DNA from: Candidatus Daviesbacteria bacterium
GTDB lineage: Bacteria > Patescibacteriota > Microgenomatia > Daviesbacterales > UBA10151
Assembly (NCBI GenBank): GCA_016184225.1
Contig: JACPDA010000005.1
Span: forward strand, 3,590-67,589
DNA: 64,000 nt
Reading direction: 5' to 3'
Below, in pieces: positions 46,210 through 55,506 of the stretch (within the stretch, counting starts at the first letter, position 1; the number at the start of each line of letters is the position of its first letter). A program made the translations under genes and the position numbers. The notes beneath the pieces are model-generated. The model was not told the DNA's origin. It was given only the letters and a program-made list of their open reading frames with translations, and did not search any database.

Positions 46210-46305
46210 AAAAAGATGCTTGCAATTCGGCAGCCTTCTTGGTATTATATTGAGGGCCTCAAAATCCTTCGACTTCGCTCAGGACTATAGATCTCCCCCA
46301 GTTAT

Positions 46306-47967
46306 ATGAAATACATATTTGTCACAGGTGGTGTGATTAGTGGTTTAGGTAAGGGGATTGCCACCTCTTCAATTGCCCTGCTTTTGAAATCCGCAGGCTA
46401 TAAAGTTACCCCTATCAAGATGGATCCCTATTTAAATGTAGATGCCGGCACCATGAACCCGATTGAACACGGTGAAGTGTTTGTGCTGGATGACGGCACG
46501 GAAACTGATCAGGACTTAGGTCATTACGAGCGATTTTTGAATGAATCATTAAATGAAAAAAGTATAGCTACTCAAGGATCGATTTATCTTTCAGTAATTC
46601 AGCGGGAAAGAAATTTGGAATATGACGGGGAGTGCGTGGATGTTGTCACTTATGTGACAGAAGAAATCATCAAGCGGATTAAAGAAGCTGGTCGGGCCAG
46701 TAATGCTGATGTAGTGGTCATAGAAGTTGGCGGAACTACCGGCGAGTATCAAAATATCCTGTTTTTAGAAGCCAACAGGCTGATGAAATTAAAAAATCCG
46801 AGCGATGTCCTTCATGCCCACATTACTTATTTACCAATACCTGCCTCTATTGGTGAGATGAAGAGCAAGCCGGCCCAAATGTCTGTCCGGGATTTAAATG
46901 CCGTGGGAATCCAGCCTGATATCCTGTTGGCCAGAAGCGAGAAACCGCTGGACCAGCAAAGAATTAAAAAATTATCCATTTCCACCGGATTGGAACCGGC
47001 AGATATCATCTCTGCTCCTGATGTGGACAGTATTTATAAAGTGCCCCTGGGGTTTGATAATCAGAATCTAGCTCAGAGGTTACTGGATAAGTTGGGTTTG
47101 AAGAGGAAGAATGAAGACCTGCCTGCCGGCAGGCAGGTCATGAAGCAGTGGAAAGAATTTGTAGACAAAATTGATACTGCCAAAGATGTGGTCAAGATTG
47201 CCATTGTCGGCAAATACTTTTCTACCGGTGCTTTTACCCTGGCTGATTCATATATTTCTGTAATTGAAGCTGTCAAACATGCTGCCTGGGATCAAGGTTT
47301 AAAGCCGGAGATAACCTGGCTTGACAGCGGCAAAGTCTTGGATAATGTGGAAGTGCTCCGGAAATTCCAAGGTATTATTGTTCCCGGAGGGTTTGGTTCA
47401 AGGGATATTGAGGGTAAAATAGCTACTATCAAGTATGCCAGGGAAAATAAAATTCCCTATTTTGGACTCTGTTACGGCATGCAGCTTTCGGTAGTGGAAT
47501 ATGCCAGAAACGTATTGGAGCTCCCCGGAGCCCATACCACAGAGATTGACCCTGCTACTAAATATCCGGTCATTCATATTATGCCGGATCAAGAAAAGAA
47601 GATGCTAAATCGGGAATACGGGGCCACCATGAGGTTAGGGGCCTGGGATTGTAAGTTAAAAGAAGGTACGTATGTTTATAAATTGTATAAAGACTTTGCA
47701 CTTTCCACTTCACACTTTCCCCTTGTTTCTGAAAGGCACAGGCACAGGTTTGAGTTTAATAATGACTTTTTGGGCCAATTTATGAAAAAAGGGTTAACAA
47801 TTTCCGGTACTTCTCCTGACGGAAAGCTGGTAGAAATTATTGAACTGAAAGTCCATCCGTTTTTTGTGGGAACCCAGTTTCATCCTGAGTTAAAATCAAG
47901 GCCTCTGTCCCCGCATCCTTTGTTTGTGGGTTTCCTCAAAGCTGCTTCTAAGATCCATATAGCATGA
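46306..47967 (+). CDS. pyrG: CTP synthase
   Basis: 'KYIFVTGGVISGLGKG', 'GLCYGMQ', 'QFHPE'. Confidence 0.98.
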   Translation: MKYIFVTGGVISGLGKGIATSSIALLLKSAGYKVTPIKMDPYLNVDAGTMNPIEHGEVFVLDDGTETDQDLGHYERFLNESLNEKSIATQGSIYLSVIQRERNLEYDGECVDVVTYVTEEIIKRIKEAGRASNADVVVIEVGGTTGEYQNILFLEANRLMKLKNPSDVLHAHITYLPIPASIGEMKSKPAQMSVRDLNAVGIQPDILLARSEKPLDQQRIKKLSISTGLEPADIISAPDVDSIYKVPLGFDNQNLAQRLLDKLGLKRKNEDLPAGRQVMKQWKEFVDKIDTAKDVVKIAIVGKYFSTGAFTLADSYISVIEAVKHAAWDQGLKPEITWLDSGKVLDNVEVLRKFQGIIVPGGFGSRDIEGKIATIKYARENKIPYFGLCYGMQLSVVEYARNVLELPGAHTTEIDPATKYPVIHIMPDQEKKMLNREYGATMRLGAWDCKLKEGTYVYKLYKDFALSTSHFPLVSERHRHRFEFNNDFLGQFMKKGLTISGTSPDGKLVEIIELKVHPFFVGTQFHPELKSRPLSPHPLFVGFLKAASKIHIA

Positions 47968-48608
47968 AAAAAGGACAATTAATTGTTATAGAAGGAATTG
48001 ATGGGTCCGGTAAAACTACCCAAATCGATTTATTGGTAAAAGCTCTGGCAGAGAAAAATATTCCATATGAGGTAATTAGTTTCCCCAGATACGGAGATAA
48101 TATTTATGCAGATTTAGTGACAAGATATTTAGAAGGTGAGTTCGGTTCCCTAACGGAAGTGAATCCATATCTTTTGGCTTTAGCATTTGCAGGTGATAGG
48201 CTTTTGGCAAAACCGGAAATTGAAAAATGGCTTTCTGAGGGGAAGCTAGTGTTGGCCAACAGGTATGTTTCTGCCAATAAGGCCCACATGGGGGCTCATC
48301 TGTCGCAAGACCAAAGAGCAGAGTTTATTTCCTGGTTGGAAGAGCTGGAATACCAAACTAACCGGATGCCAAGAGAAGACTTAACAATTCTTTTGTCAGT
48401 TGATCCCAAAATAGGACAACAAAATGTTGCCGGCAGGCTGTCTGATCTTCATGAGGAAAATATTAAACACCTGGAGGAAGCAAATAAAATCTATTTGGAA
48501 TTATCTAGAAAAGAAGATAATTGGTGTGTAATTGATTGTATGAAAGATGGGAAAATGAGATCTGTGCAAGACATTCACCAAGAATTATTACCAATTTTGA
48601 CTTTTTAG
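47964..48608 (+). CDS. tmk: Thymidylate kinase
   Basis: 'IEGIDGSGKTTQ', 'NRY'. Confidence 0.92.
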   Translation: MKKGQLIVIEGIDGSGKTTQIDLLVKALAEKNIPYEVISFPRYGDNIYADLVTRYLEGEFGSLTEVNPYLLALAFAGDRLLAKPEIEKWLSEGKLVLANRYVSANKAHMGAHLSQDQRAEFISWLEELEYQTNRMPREDLTILLSVDPKIGQQNVAGRLSDLHEENIKHLEEANKIYLELSRKEDNWCVIDCMKDGKMRSVQDIHQELLPILTF

Positions 48609-48638
48609 TATTTCTGTCATAGAATACTTAATCTATCT

Positions 48639-49190
48639 ATGCCAAAAATTGAAACAGCTGCAGAACTGGTTCAAACACTAACAACTAGTCTTTCAAGTTT
48701 AAATCGTGATACGTGTGTATCTAGACCAATGCCAGTTATAAGGTCTGAAGCAGAAAGCATGCAGATTTTCACAGAAGAGCTAAAAAGAAGCGACCTTCCG
48801 CATTTAGCTGAAGCAGTGGCTATTGTTCATAGGGGAGAATCAAAAGGAAAGGATGCAGGATTTAGTCTTACTGAAGCTGCTAGATTTAGAAGCCGCTTAA
48901 AAATAATGAGGGATTTTTATGCCGTAGCTTCTATGCCTAGCAATGTTTCTTTATTAGATGTTCCAGCTAAAGTAAAAAATGGTGAATATAGAGTAGGAGT
49001 AACAATAGGAGAAATAGCTGTAACACTCTATGAATTGGTCTTTGAAGCAGAGGGGATGGATTTTGATGGTACTGAGGCAACAGGTTACCGTGCACAGACT
49101 TTATCTGAACAAACAGGGATAGGAAAAAACCATTTAGATTTTGTTCTTTCGCCAATGATGGAAAGATTGCCTAATACCAGAATCGCTTAA
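48639..49190 (+). CDS. Hypothetical protein
   Basis: 183-aa ORF. Confidence 0.55.
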   Translation: MPKIETAAELVQTLTTSLSSLNRDTCVSRPMPVIRSEAESMQIFTEELKRSDLPHLAEAVAIVHRGESKGKDAGFSLTEAARFRSRLKIMRDFYAVASMPSNVSLLDVPAKVKNGEYRVGVTIGEIAVTLYELVFEAEGMDFDGTEATGYRAQTLSEQTGIGKNHLDFVLSPMMERLPNTRIA

Positions 49191-49257
49191 CAGTAATTTC
49201 CCACTTGAAAAAAGTGACAGATTGAATACAATTGTTTAATTCAGTCTCTAAAAATAT

Positions 49258-49309
49258 AGATTGCTACGCTAATCCCGATTGAATCGGGACTAATCGCTCG
49301 CAATGACGA
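49258..49309. repeat. Right-half copy of the GTCATTGCGAG palindromic element
   Basis: One mismatch against 29506-29557. Confidence 0.85.
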
Positions 49310-49320
49310 AAGAAAAAACT

Positions 49321-50001
49321 ATGCCAAAGAAAAAGAAAAGATCCTGGACAAGCCAGGATGACAAAAATATTAGAGATGTTTTAGGAACCCTGCCTGATTG
49401 GGTTTTAAAAGAATATATTAAAAATGGCATTATCAAGATAGATCCGCTGCCGAAAGATTGGGAAAAAGCGGTGGACGAGGTGACTATTGATTTTCACTTA
49501 GGAAATAAACTGCGTGTTTTTACAGATGAGGGTTTAAACACCATAGATACCAGGTATGCCAGTAAAGAAGATATGGAATCTATGATGAGGTTGGTGGAAT
49601 TAAAACCAGGCCAACCGTTTATCCTGACAGAGCATGATTTTGTGATTGCCACGACTTATGAAAGGTTAAGCTTGCCGGATAATATTGTGGGGCACCTGCA
49701 TGGAAAAAGCTCCCTGGCTAGGTTAGGGGTGGTAGTCCATTCAACTGCTGCCAGATTTGATCCTGGTTGGGACGGGCATCCGGTTTTGGAATTTGGCACC
49801 TTTCTAAAAGGCAAGAAGCTGGTGATTTATGAGGGTAGCCCGATTTGCGCTTTTTCTTTTGAAAAGCTGGCAGCTCCTGTAGAGCGGTCTTATAAAAGCA
49901 GTCCTAATAACAGGTATGGGGGAAGTAATCTGCCGCAGGTTTCTAATTTGATGGGGAGGCGAGTGGCTCGTCACGTCACAAAGCACCGTTCGACCAGGTA
50001 A
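49321..50001 (+). CDS. dcd: dCTP deaminase
   Basis: 'GKSSLARLG', 'FDPGWDGHPVLE'. Confidence 0.88.
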   Translation: MPKKKKRSWTSQDDKNIRDVLGTLPDWVLKEYIKNGIIKIDPLPKDWEKAVDEVTIDFHLGNKLRVFTDEGLNTIDTRYASKEDMESMMRLVELKPGQPFILTEHDFVIATTYERLSLPDNIVGHLHGKSSLARLGVVVHSTAARFDPGWDGHPVLEFGTFLKGKKLVIYEGSPICAFSFEKLAAPVERSYKSSPNNRYGGSNLPQVSNLMGRRVARHVTKHRSTR

Positions 50002-50086
50002 TCTGAAACATTAAGTAGTTCTCTGGTCTCACTATTTGAACATTTTGTGAATTAGATCTGCACACAAAATGTTCCGAATGCAAAAT

Positions 50087-50656
50087 ATGAGTGTACTAGG
50101 ACTAGATGAAATACATAAAAGAATAAAGAAACATTCCCTAATCAAGAATTTAGGCCATAGGGATTTGAAAAACCCGGAAGGGGTAGGGATAGATTTGCGG
50201 TTAGGTTCTGTTCATAAAATCGTTAAAGGCGGGGCTTTTATTGAAGGCGACAGGCAACAGGCACTAGGCAGTAGAAAGGGAGTTAAGACAAAAGAGGTTG
50301 CTAAATTTCAGCAGGAAAAAGAAGAGCAAGAATGGATTGTAATAAAGCCCGGAGAATATTATTTAGCTCAGACTGTAGAAATAATCAATACCCCTTTGGA
50401 TTTAATGCCGGAAGTTTTCACCAGGACTTCACTTTTTAGAGCCGGACTATTGCTCTTGAATTCAAAAACAGATCCCGGTTACAATGGACAGCTGACAATG
50501 GGGTTAACTAATTTAAGTCCTTTTCCGGTTAAACTGCAGCTGGGGGCCAGGATTTGTAATATAATTTTTCATAAAATAAAGGGCAAAACAGTTTCTTACC
50601 AGGGACAGCATCAGGGTGGTAGGGTAAGTCCGAAGAAAGCAGAGAGACAAGTATGA
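50087..50656 (+). CDS. dCTP deaminase/dUTPase-family protein
   Basis: 'IDLRL', 'RTSLFRAG', 'DPGYNG', 'YQGQHQG'. Confidence 0.8.
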   Translation: MSVLGLDEIHKRIKKHSLIKNLGHRDLKNPEGVGIDLRLGSVHKIVKGGAFIEGDRQQALGSRKGVKTKEVAKFQQEKEEQEWIVIKPGEYYLAQTVEIINTPLDLMPEVFTRTSLFRAGLLLLNSKTDPGYNGQLTMGLTNLSPFPVKLQLGARICNIIFHKIKGKTVSYQGQHQGGRVSPKKAERQV

Positions 50657-51618
50657 GCAGACCGAAGCATCAAGAATATCAATATCTGGATTTACTAAAA
50701 GACATTCTAAAAAATGGCGTTAAAAAAATTGATCGGGGTACTGATGTAGCTTTGTATAGTGTTTTTGGCCGCCAGATCCGCTTTGATCTTTCGCAAGGGT
50801 TTCCGCTTTTAACCACCAAAAAAGTGTATTGGAAGGGAGTTTTGGAAGAACTTTATTGGTTTTTTTCAGGACAATCAAATATCAAATATTTGGTAGACCG
50901 TAATGTCCACATCTGGGATGATTATCCATATAAGATTTATAGTGCCAAGTGCCAAGTGCAAAGTGCAAAGTGTTTGACCAAGGAAAAATTTATAGAGAAG
51001 ATCAGGACTGATGAGCAATTTGCCAAGAAATGGGGAGAGTTACCAAGGATTTATGGTGAGATGTGGAGACGCTGGCCCACCAGAACAAAAAGAACCATTG
51101 ATCAACTGAAATGGATAGTCCAGGAATTAAAAGATGATCCTGATGCCAAAAATTTAATTGTTAATTCCTGGAATCCCGAATATTTATATACCATGGCTAC
51201 ATATGAAGATACTTCCCATTTTCCGATTTGTCACAATATGTTTCAGATTAACCAAAGAGCAGGTAAGCTTTCCTTGCAGCTTTATCATCGCAGCTGTGAT
51301 GTTTTCTTGGGTGTGCCTTTTAATATCGCAAGTTATGCATTACTGACTATGGTTTTAGCTAAAATTACGGGATATGAGCCGGGTGAATTTATTCATACTT
51401 TTGGTGATGTCCATATTTACGAAAATCATATGGCTCAAGTTAAAGAGCAGATTAAAAGAAAACCTAAGCATTTTCCCACCGTAAAAATAGATAAAGGCTT
51501 AAAAACAATTGAAGACTTTAAGCCGGAACTGGTAACTTTAGAAAATTATGATCCGCATCCGGTAATAAAAGCTGAGTTAACTGTGGCAGGTGGATATTAT
51601 GCAAAAACCAAAAGTTAG
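50653..51618 (+). CDS. thyA: Thymidylate synthase
   Basis: 'FPLLTTKK', 'PICH', 'RSCDVFLGVPFNIASY'. Confidence 0.96.
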   Translation: MSRPKHQEYQYLDLLKDILKNGVKKIDRGTDVALYSVFGRQIRFDLSQGFPLLTTKKVYWKGVLEELYWFFSGQSNIKYLVDRNVHIWDDYPYKIYSAKCQVQSAKCLTKEKFIEKIRTDEQFAKKWGELPRIYGEMWRRWPTRTKRTIDQLKWIVQELKDDPDAKNLIVNSWNPEYLYTMATYEDTSHFPICHNMFQINQRAGKLSLQLYHRSCDVFLGVPFNIASYALLTMVLAKITGYEPGEFIHTFGDVHIYENHMAQVKEQIKRKPKHFPTVKIDKGLKTIEDFKPELVTLENYDPHPVIKAELTVAGGYYAKTKS

Positions 51619-52093
51619 TATTATTGTGGCCCTAGCCGGAAGCAAAAGAGTAATCGGCAAAAAGGGCGGCATGCCTTGGTATATTCCGGAGGAGCTAAAA
51701 AGGTTTAAAGAAATTACCATGGGTCACCCGATTATCATGGGAAGAAGGACCCATGGGTCTATCGGAAAAGTTTTGCCAGGAAGAGTAAATATTGTGATCA
51801 CTCGTGACTCCTCTTATCTGTCGGAGGGTATGAAAGTTACTCATTCGCTGGAAGAAGCTTTGCAGCTGGCAAAGGATCAACCTGGAAATGATGAGGTATT
51901 CGTGATCGGTGGAGGAGAAATCTACAAACAGGCTGTGCCTATTGCTGATAAGCTGTATCTGACAGTGATTGATATGGAAATAGAAGGAGACACATTTTTC
52001 CCGGATTATTCGGAGTTTAAAAGGATAGTCTGGCAGTCGCCGGAGCAGGAATCAGATGGGCTTAAATACAGGTTTTTGGAGTTGGAGCGATAA
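51599..52093 (+). CDS. folA: Dihydrofolate reductase
   Basis: 'MPW', 'IIMGRRT', 'IGGGEIY', 'GDTFFP'. Confidence 0.95.
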   Translation: MQKPKVSIIVALAGSKRVIGKKGGMPWYIPEELKRFKEITMGHPIIMGRRTHGSIGKVLPGRVNIVITRDSSYLSEGMKVTHSLEEALQLAKDQPGNDEVFVIGGGEIYKQAVPIADKLYLTVIDMEIEGDTFFPDYSEFKRIVWQSPEQESDGLKYRFLELER

Positions 52094-52111
52094 ATAATTT
52101 ACTAATACCGA

Positions 52112-52233
52112 TTGACAATCAATCTCTTATAAGTTAAACTGAGGCACATTACACATCTATCAGTTTACCCCGATTAGATCGGGGTTTAGGTTTTCCTGGA
52201 ACTATATTGCTGATAGAGAGGAACAAGGAAAAC
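52112..52233 (+). promoter_or_regulatory. rpsB promoter and structured 5' leader (S2 leader-like)
   Basis: TTGACA-N17-TAAACT; stem tctatcag/ctgataga enclosing hairpin accccgattagatcggggt. Confidence 0.55.
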
Positions 52234-53073
52234 ATGTACAAATTACCTAGTTTACAGGAATTGCTGGAAGCCGGGGTGCATTTTGGGCATCAGGTTCGGC
52301 GTGGCCACCCCCGGATGCGGCCCTATATTTATGGTGCCAGGGAGGGTGTCCATGTCATTGACTTAACCCAATCCGAGAAATACTTAAAAGAAGCCTGTGA
52401 ATTTGTTTATGAGCTGGGAAAATTCGGAAAAGTATTGCTTTTTGTGGGGACAAAAAAACAGGCAAAACCCGTTATTGAAGAGTTAGCAAAGGAATTTCAA
52501 GCGCCCTACTTGGTCCAGCGTTGGATGGGTGGGTTTTTAACTAATTTTGAGCAGATGCAGAAAAATATCAAGATCCTTAAAGAATACTTAGAACAAAAAG
52601 AAAAAGGCCAACTCTCCAAATATACTAAAAAAGAACAACTACTGCTGGATAGGAAAATGGGTAAACTGCAAAAAGATTTTGCCGGAGTGATGGATTTAGG
52701 TAAACTCCCGGATGCTTTGTTTGTGGTGGATGCTGTCTCAGACAATATTGCCATCAGGGAAGCTCGGAGGTTAAATATTAAGGTGGTAGCAATTACAGAT
52801 TCTAATTCCGATCCTACAGAAATAGATTATCCTATTCCCGGTAATGACGATGCGATAAAATCAATTAAAGTATTGGTAGGGGCGATAGCTTCGGCTTATG
52901 GTGAGGGTAAAAAAGAAGCAGGAAAAGTAGCTGAGAAGCTTTTGAAAAGCCAAGAAAAAGAGGCAGCTAAAAAGGAAGATGTGCTGCCGGAGGAATTAAA
53001 GGAAGAAGTGGCAGTAGCAGAAGAGATGGTGGAGAAAAAGGCGGTTAAAGAGTCAGAGAGGATAGTAGAGTAA
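52234..53073 (+). CDS. rpsB: 30S ribosomal protein S2
   Basis: 'LLEAGVHFGH', 'RWMGGFLTN', 'PGNDDA'. Confidence 0.98.
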   Translation: MYKLPSLQELLEAGVHFGHQVRRGHPRMRPYIYGAREGVHVIDLTQSEKYLKEACEFVYELGKFGKVLLFVGTKKQAKPVIEELAKEFQAPYLVQRWMGGFLTNFEQMQKNIKILKEYLEQKEKGQLSKYTKKEQLLLDRKMGKLQKDFAGVMDLGKLPDALFVVDAVSDNIAIREARRLNIKVVAITDSNSDPTEIDYPIPGNDDAIKSIKVLVGAIASAYGEGKKEAGKVAEKLLKSQEKEAAKKEDVLPEELKEEVAVAEEMVEKKAVKESERIVE

Positions 53074-53239
53074 AGAGAGTCCGGCTCGTCTGGATCGCAA
53101 AGTACCGCTCGTGCGACCACGTCACTCGCTATTTGTTTGTTTCGCGCCGAGTGATGGCTGGGTCATGAAGTGATTAGTGTGCTCAACGGCACCGATTACT
53201 TTGTTGTCTTAAGACTTCGCCGTCCTACAAGGAGGATTT

Positions 53240-53689
53240 ATGAAGATTAATGATATAAAAAAATTAAGAGAAGAGACAGGGGCGGGGATTGCCGACTGTA
53301 AGGAGGCTCTGAGCTTGTCGAAGGGCGATATAGAGAAAGCCAAGGAGTGGTTAAAGCAGAAGGGTTTGGATAAAGCTTCTTCCAAACTTGCAAGGGAAGT
53401 TAAAGCCGGGATAGTGGAAGTTTATTCCCATGGTGGGAAAGTGGGGGTTTTGGTAGAAGTCCTCTGTGAGACTGATTTTGTGGCCAGAACCGAGGATTTC
53501 AAAAATTTAGCCCACGAACTTGCTTTGCAGATTGCTTCCATGAACCCGGCAAGCGTTGAAGAATTACTGGCGGAGGAGTATATTAGGGATAATTCTTTGA
53601 CTGTGGAGCAGTTGATTAAATCAGTGATAGGAAAGTTGGGAGAAAATATACAAGTTGGAAGGTTTGAGAGGATAGCTTTGGGAGAATAG
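53240..53689 (+). CDS. tsf: Elongation factor Ts (short form)
   Basis: 'LREETGAG..DCKEAL', 'CETDFVAR'. Confidence 0.96.
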   Translation: MKINDIKKLREETGAGIADCKEALSLSKGDIEKAKEWLKQKGLDKASSKLAREVKAGIVEVYSHGGKVGVLVEVLCETDFVARTEDFKNLAHELALQIASMNPASVEELLAEEYIRDNSLTVEQLIKSVIGKLGENIQVGRFERIALGE

Positions 53690-53759
53690 AGTCTAGAGTC
53701 AAGAATCTAGAGTCTAGGAAAACAAAGTCTAGACTCTCGACTCTAGCAACTAGTCACTA
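53687..53759. mobile_element. Gene-less inverted heptamer element (family B) between tsf and frr
   Basis: tagagtctagagtcaagaatctagagtctagg-aaaacaaag-tctagactctcgactctagcaactagtcacta. Confidence 0.85.
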
Positions 53760-53765
53760 TTAAAC

Positions 53766-54320
53766 ATGGATCCGATTTTAAACGAACCGAATGAGAAAAT
53801 AGAGGCAGTATTGCACCACTTCAAAGTGGAAATTGCCGGTATCCGGGCTGGTAGGGCAAACCCGGCTTTGATAGAGAATATTTTGGTTAACGCTTATGGA
53901 TCCAACATGAAGCTTAACGAGGTGGGCAATATTTCTGCCCCGCAGCCCTCCCTTTTAACAATCCAGGTTTGGGATGCTTCTATTTTGGATAAAGTAATCA
54001 AGGCTATCCAGGAAGCAAATTTAGGTTTAAACCCTTCCAATGAAGGTACGTTAATCCGTTTGCCAATTCCTCCTTTGACTGCTGAAAGGCGTGAAGAATT
54101 TATTAAGCTGTTACATCAAAAGAGAGAGGAAGCGCATGTTTCCATCAGACAAATCAGGCATGATTTTAGAAACGGCTGGAAAAAGCAGTCAGACGAGGGT
54201 CAGTTTGGAGAGGATGAATTTTTCCGCAGGGAAAAAATTTTACAAGAGCTGGTGGACAAAAAAGTTGCAGAGATTGAAGAGTTAGGGAAAGCCAAGGCAG
54301 AAGAGCTAACACAAATATAG
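53766..54320 (+). CDS. frr: Ribosome recycling factor
   Basis: 'IRAGRANP', 'LGLNP', 'PPLTAERR'. Confidence 0.96.
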   Translation: MDPILNEPNEKIEAVLHHFKVEIAGIRAGRANPALIENILVNAYGSNMKLNEVGNISAPQPSLLTIQVWDASILDKVIKAIQEANLGLNPSNEGTLIRLPIPPLTAERREEFIKLLHQKREEAHVSIRQIRHDFRNGWKKQSDEGQFGEDEFFRREKILQELVDKKVAEIEELGKAKAEELTQI

Positions 54321-54394
54321 CTTTCAGTCATCAGTCTTCAGCTTTCAGACTTTTCTGATTTGTCTGACGACTGACAGCTGACAGCTGACGACTA
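54318..54394. mobile_element. Gene-less inverted heptamer element (family A) between frr and rseP
   Basis: tagctttcagtcatcagtcttcagctttcagac-ttttctgattt-gtctgacgactgacagctgacagctgacgacta. Confidence 0.85.
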
Positions 54395-54396
54395 TT

Positions 54397-55497
54397 ATGA
54401 TATTTTCCATCATCATTTTTATTATTACCCTGTTGGTTTTAGTCCTAATCCATGAATTTGGACACTTTTTAGTAGCCAAGAAATTTGGCATTAAAGTGGA
54501 AGAATTTGGATTTGGCATTCCTCCCAGAGCTTGGGGTAAAAAAATCGGTGAAACCATATACTCTATAAACTGGTTGCCTTTTGGAGGCTTTGTCAGACTA
54601 TTAGGAGAGGATGAGGAAGAATCTGAGGGCAAGAAAATTTCTGTAAAAAATAGCAGGGATTTTAGGACCAAGCCGGTAAGCAAAAGGATCATAGTTGTGG
54701 TGGCAGGGGTCATCATGAACTTAGTCCTGGCTTGGATACTGTTTTATACAGTAATTGTTTCCCAAAACTTTAAAGTTATTTATCCTGCTGCCCAACCGGC
54801 AGTTTACATTGCCAAAGTACAGCAGGATTTCCCAGCAGTCAAAGCCGGCATAAAAGTGGGAGAGAAGTTGGTAGCCATAGATAACCAACCAGCCATCGAT
54901 ATTGAACAAGCCAGGGAAGAGATTAAATCCAAAGACGAAAAACCGCTGATTTTAACCTTGGCTGACAGTGACGGAAACAACCCTAGAAAAGTGGAGGTGA
55001 CTCCTAAAAAGCAGCCAAACGGTGATGTGCTGATTGGGGTAATATTTAGTCCCATCCCTTTCCGGGATTATACAACTACCAGCCAAAAAGTCTTCTCCGG
55101 AATCACTTATTCCTGGGATTTAACCAGGCTTACCTTTGTTGGTCTGGGAGGCTTAATCAATGATTTAATTTCGGGGAATTTCGGGCAGGCTTCAAAGTCC
55201 GTAGCCGGGCCGGTAGGATTGGCTGTAGTGACGGGTGAAATTTTATCCGCCGGTTGGGCAGCTATTTTACCATTTCTGTGGTTTGTCGGAGTCATCTCCT
55301 TAACCTTAGCCATCTTTAATGTCTTACCCATTCCGGCACTGGATGGAGGCAGGTTACTGTTTTTGGTGATTGAGGCAATTAGCCGTAAAAAGGTCAGGGA
55401 AGATGTAGAAAAAATGGTTCATCAAGTCGGGTTTATGATCCTTCTTGCTTTGGCCTTACTTGTGACATTTTCAGATATCCGCAAACTGCTTCCATAG
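54397..55497 (+). CDS. rseP: RIP metalloprotease RseP (M50 + PDZ)
   Basis: 'HEFGH', 'PFGGFV', 'NVLPIPALDGG'. Confidence 0.93.
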   Translation: MIFSIIIFIITLLVLVLIHEFGHFLVAKKFGIKVEEFGFGIPPRAWGKKIGETIYSINWLPFGGFVRLLGEDEEESEGKKISVKNSRDFRTKPVSKRIIVVVAGVIMNLVLAWILFYTVIVSQNFKVIYPAAQPAVYIAKVQQDFPAVKAGIKVGEKLVAIDNQPAIDIEQAREEIKSKDEKPLILTLADSDGNNPRKVEVTPKKQPNGDVLIGVIFSPIPFRDYTTTSQKVFSGITYSWDLTRLTFVGLGGLINDLISGNFGQASKSVAGPVGLAVVTGEILSAGWAAILPFLWFVGVISLTLAIFNVLPIPALDGGRLLFLVIEAISRKKVREDVEKMVHQVGFMILLALALLVTFSDIRKLLP

Positions 55498-55506
55498 GGG
55501 ATTTTT

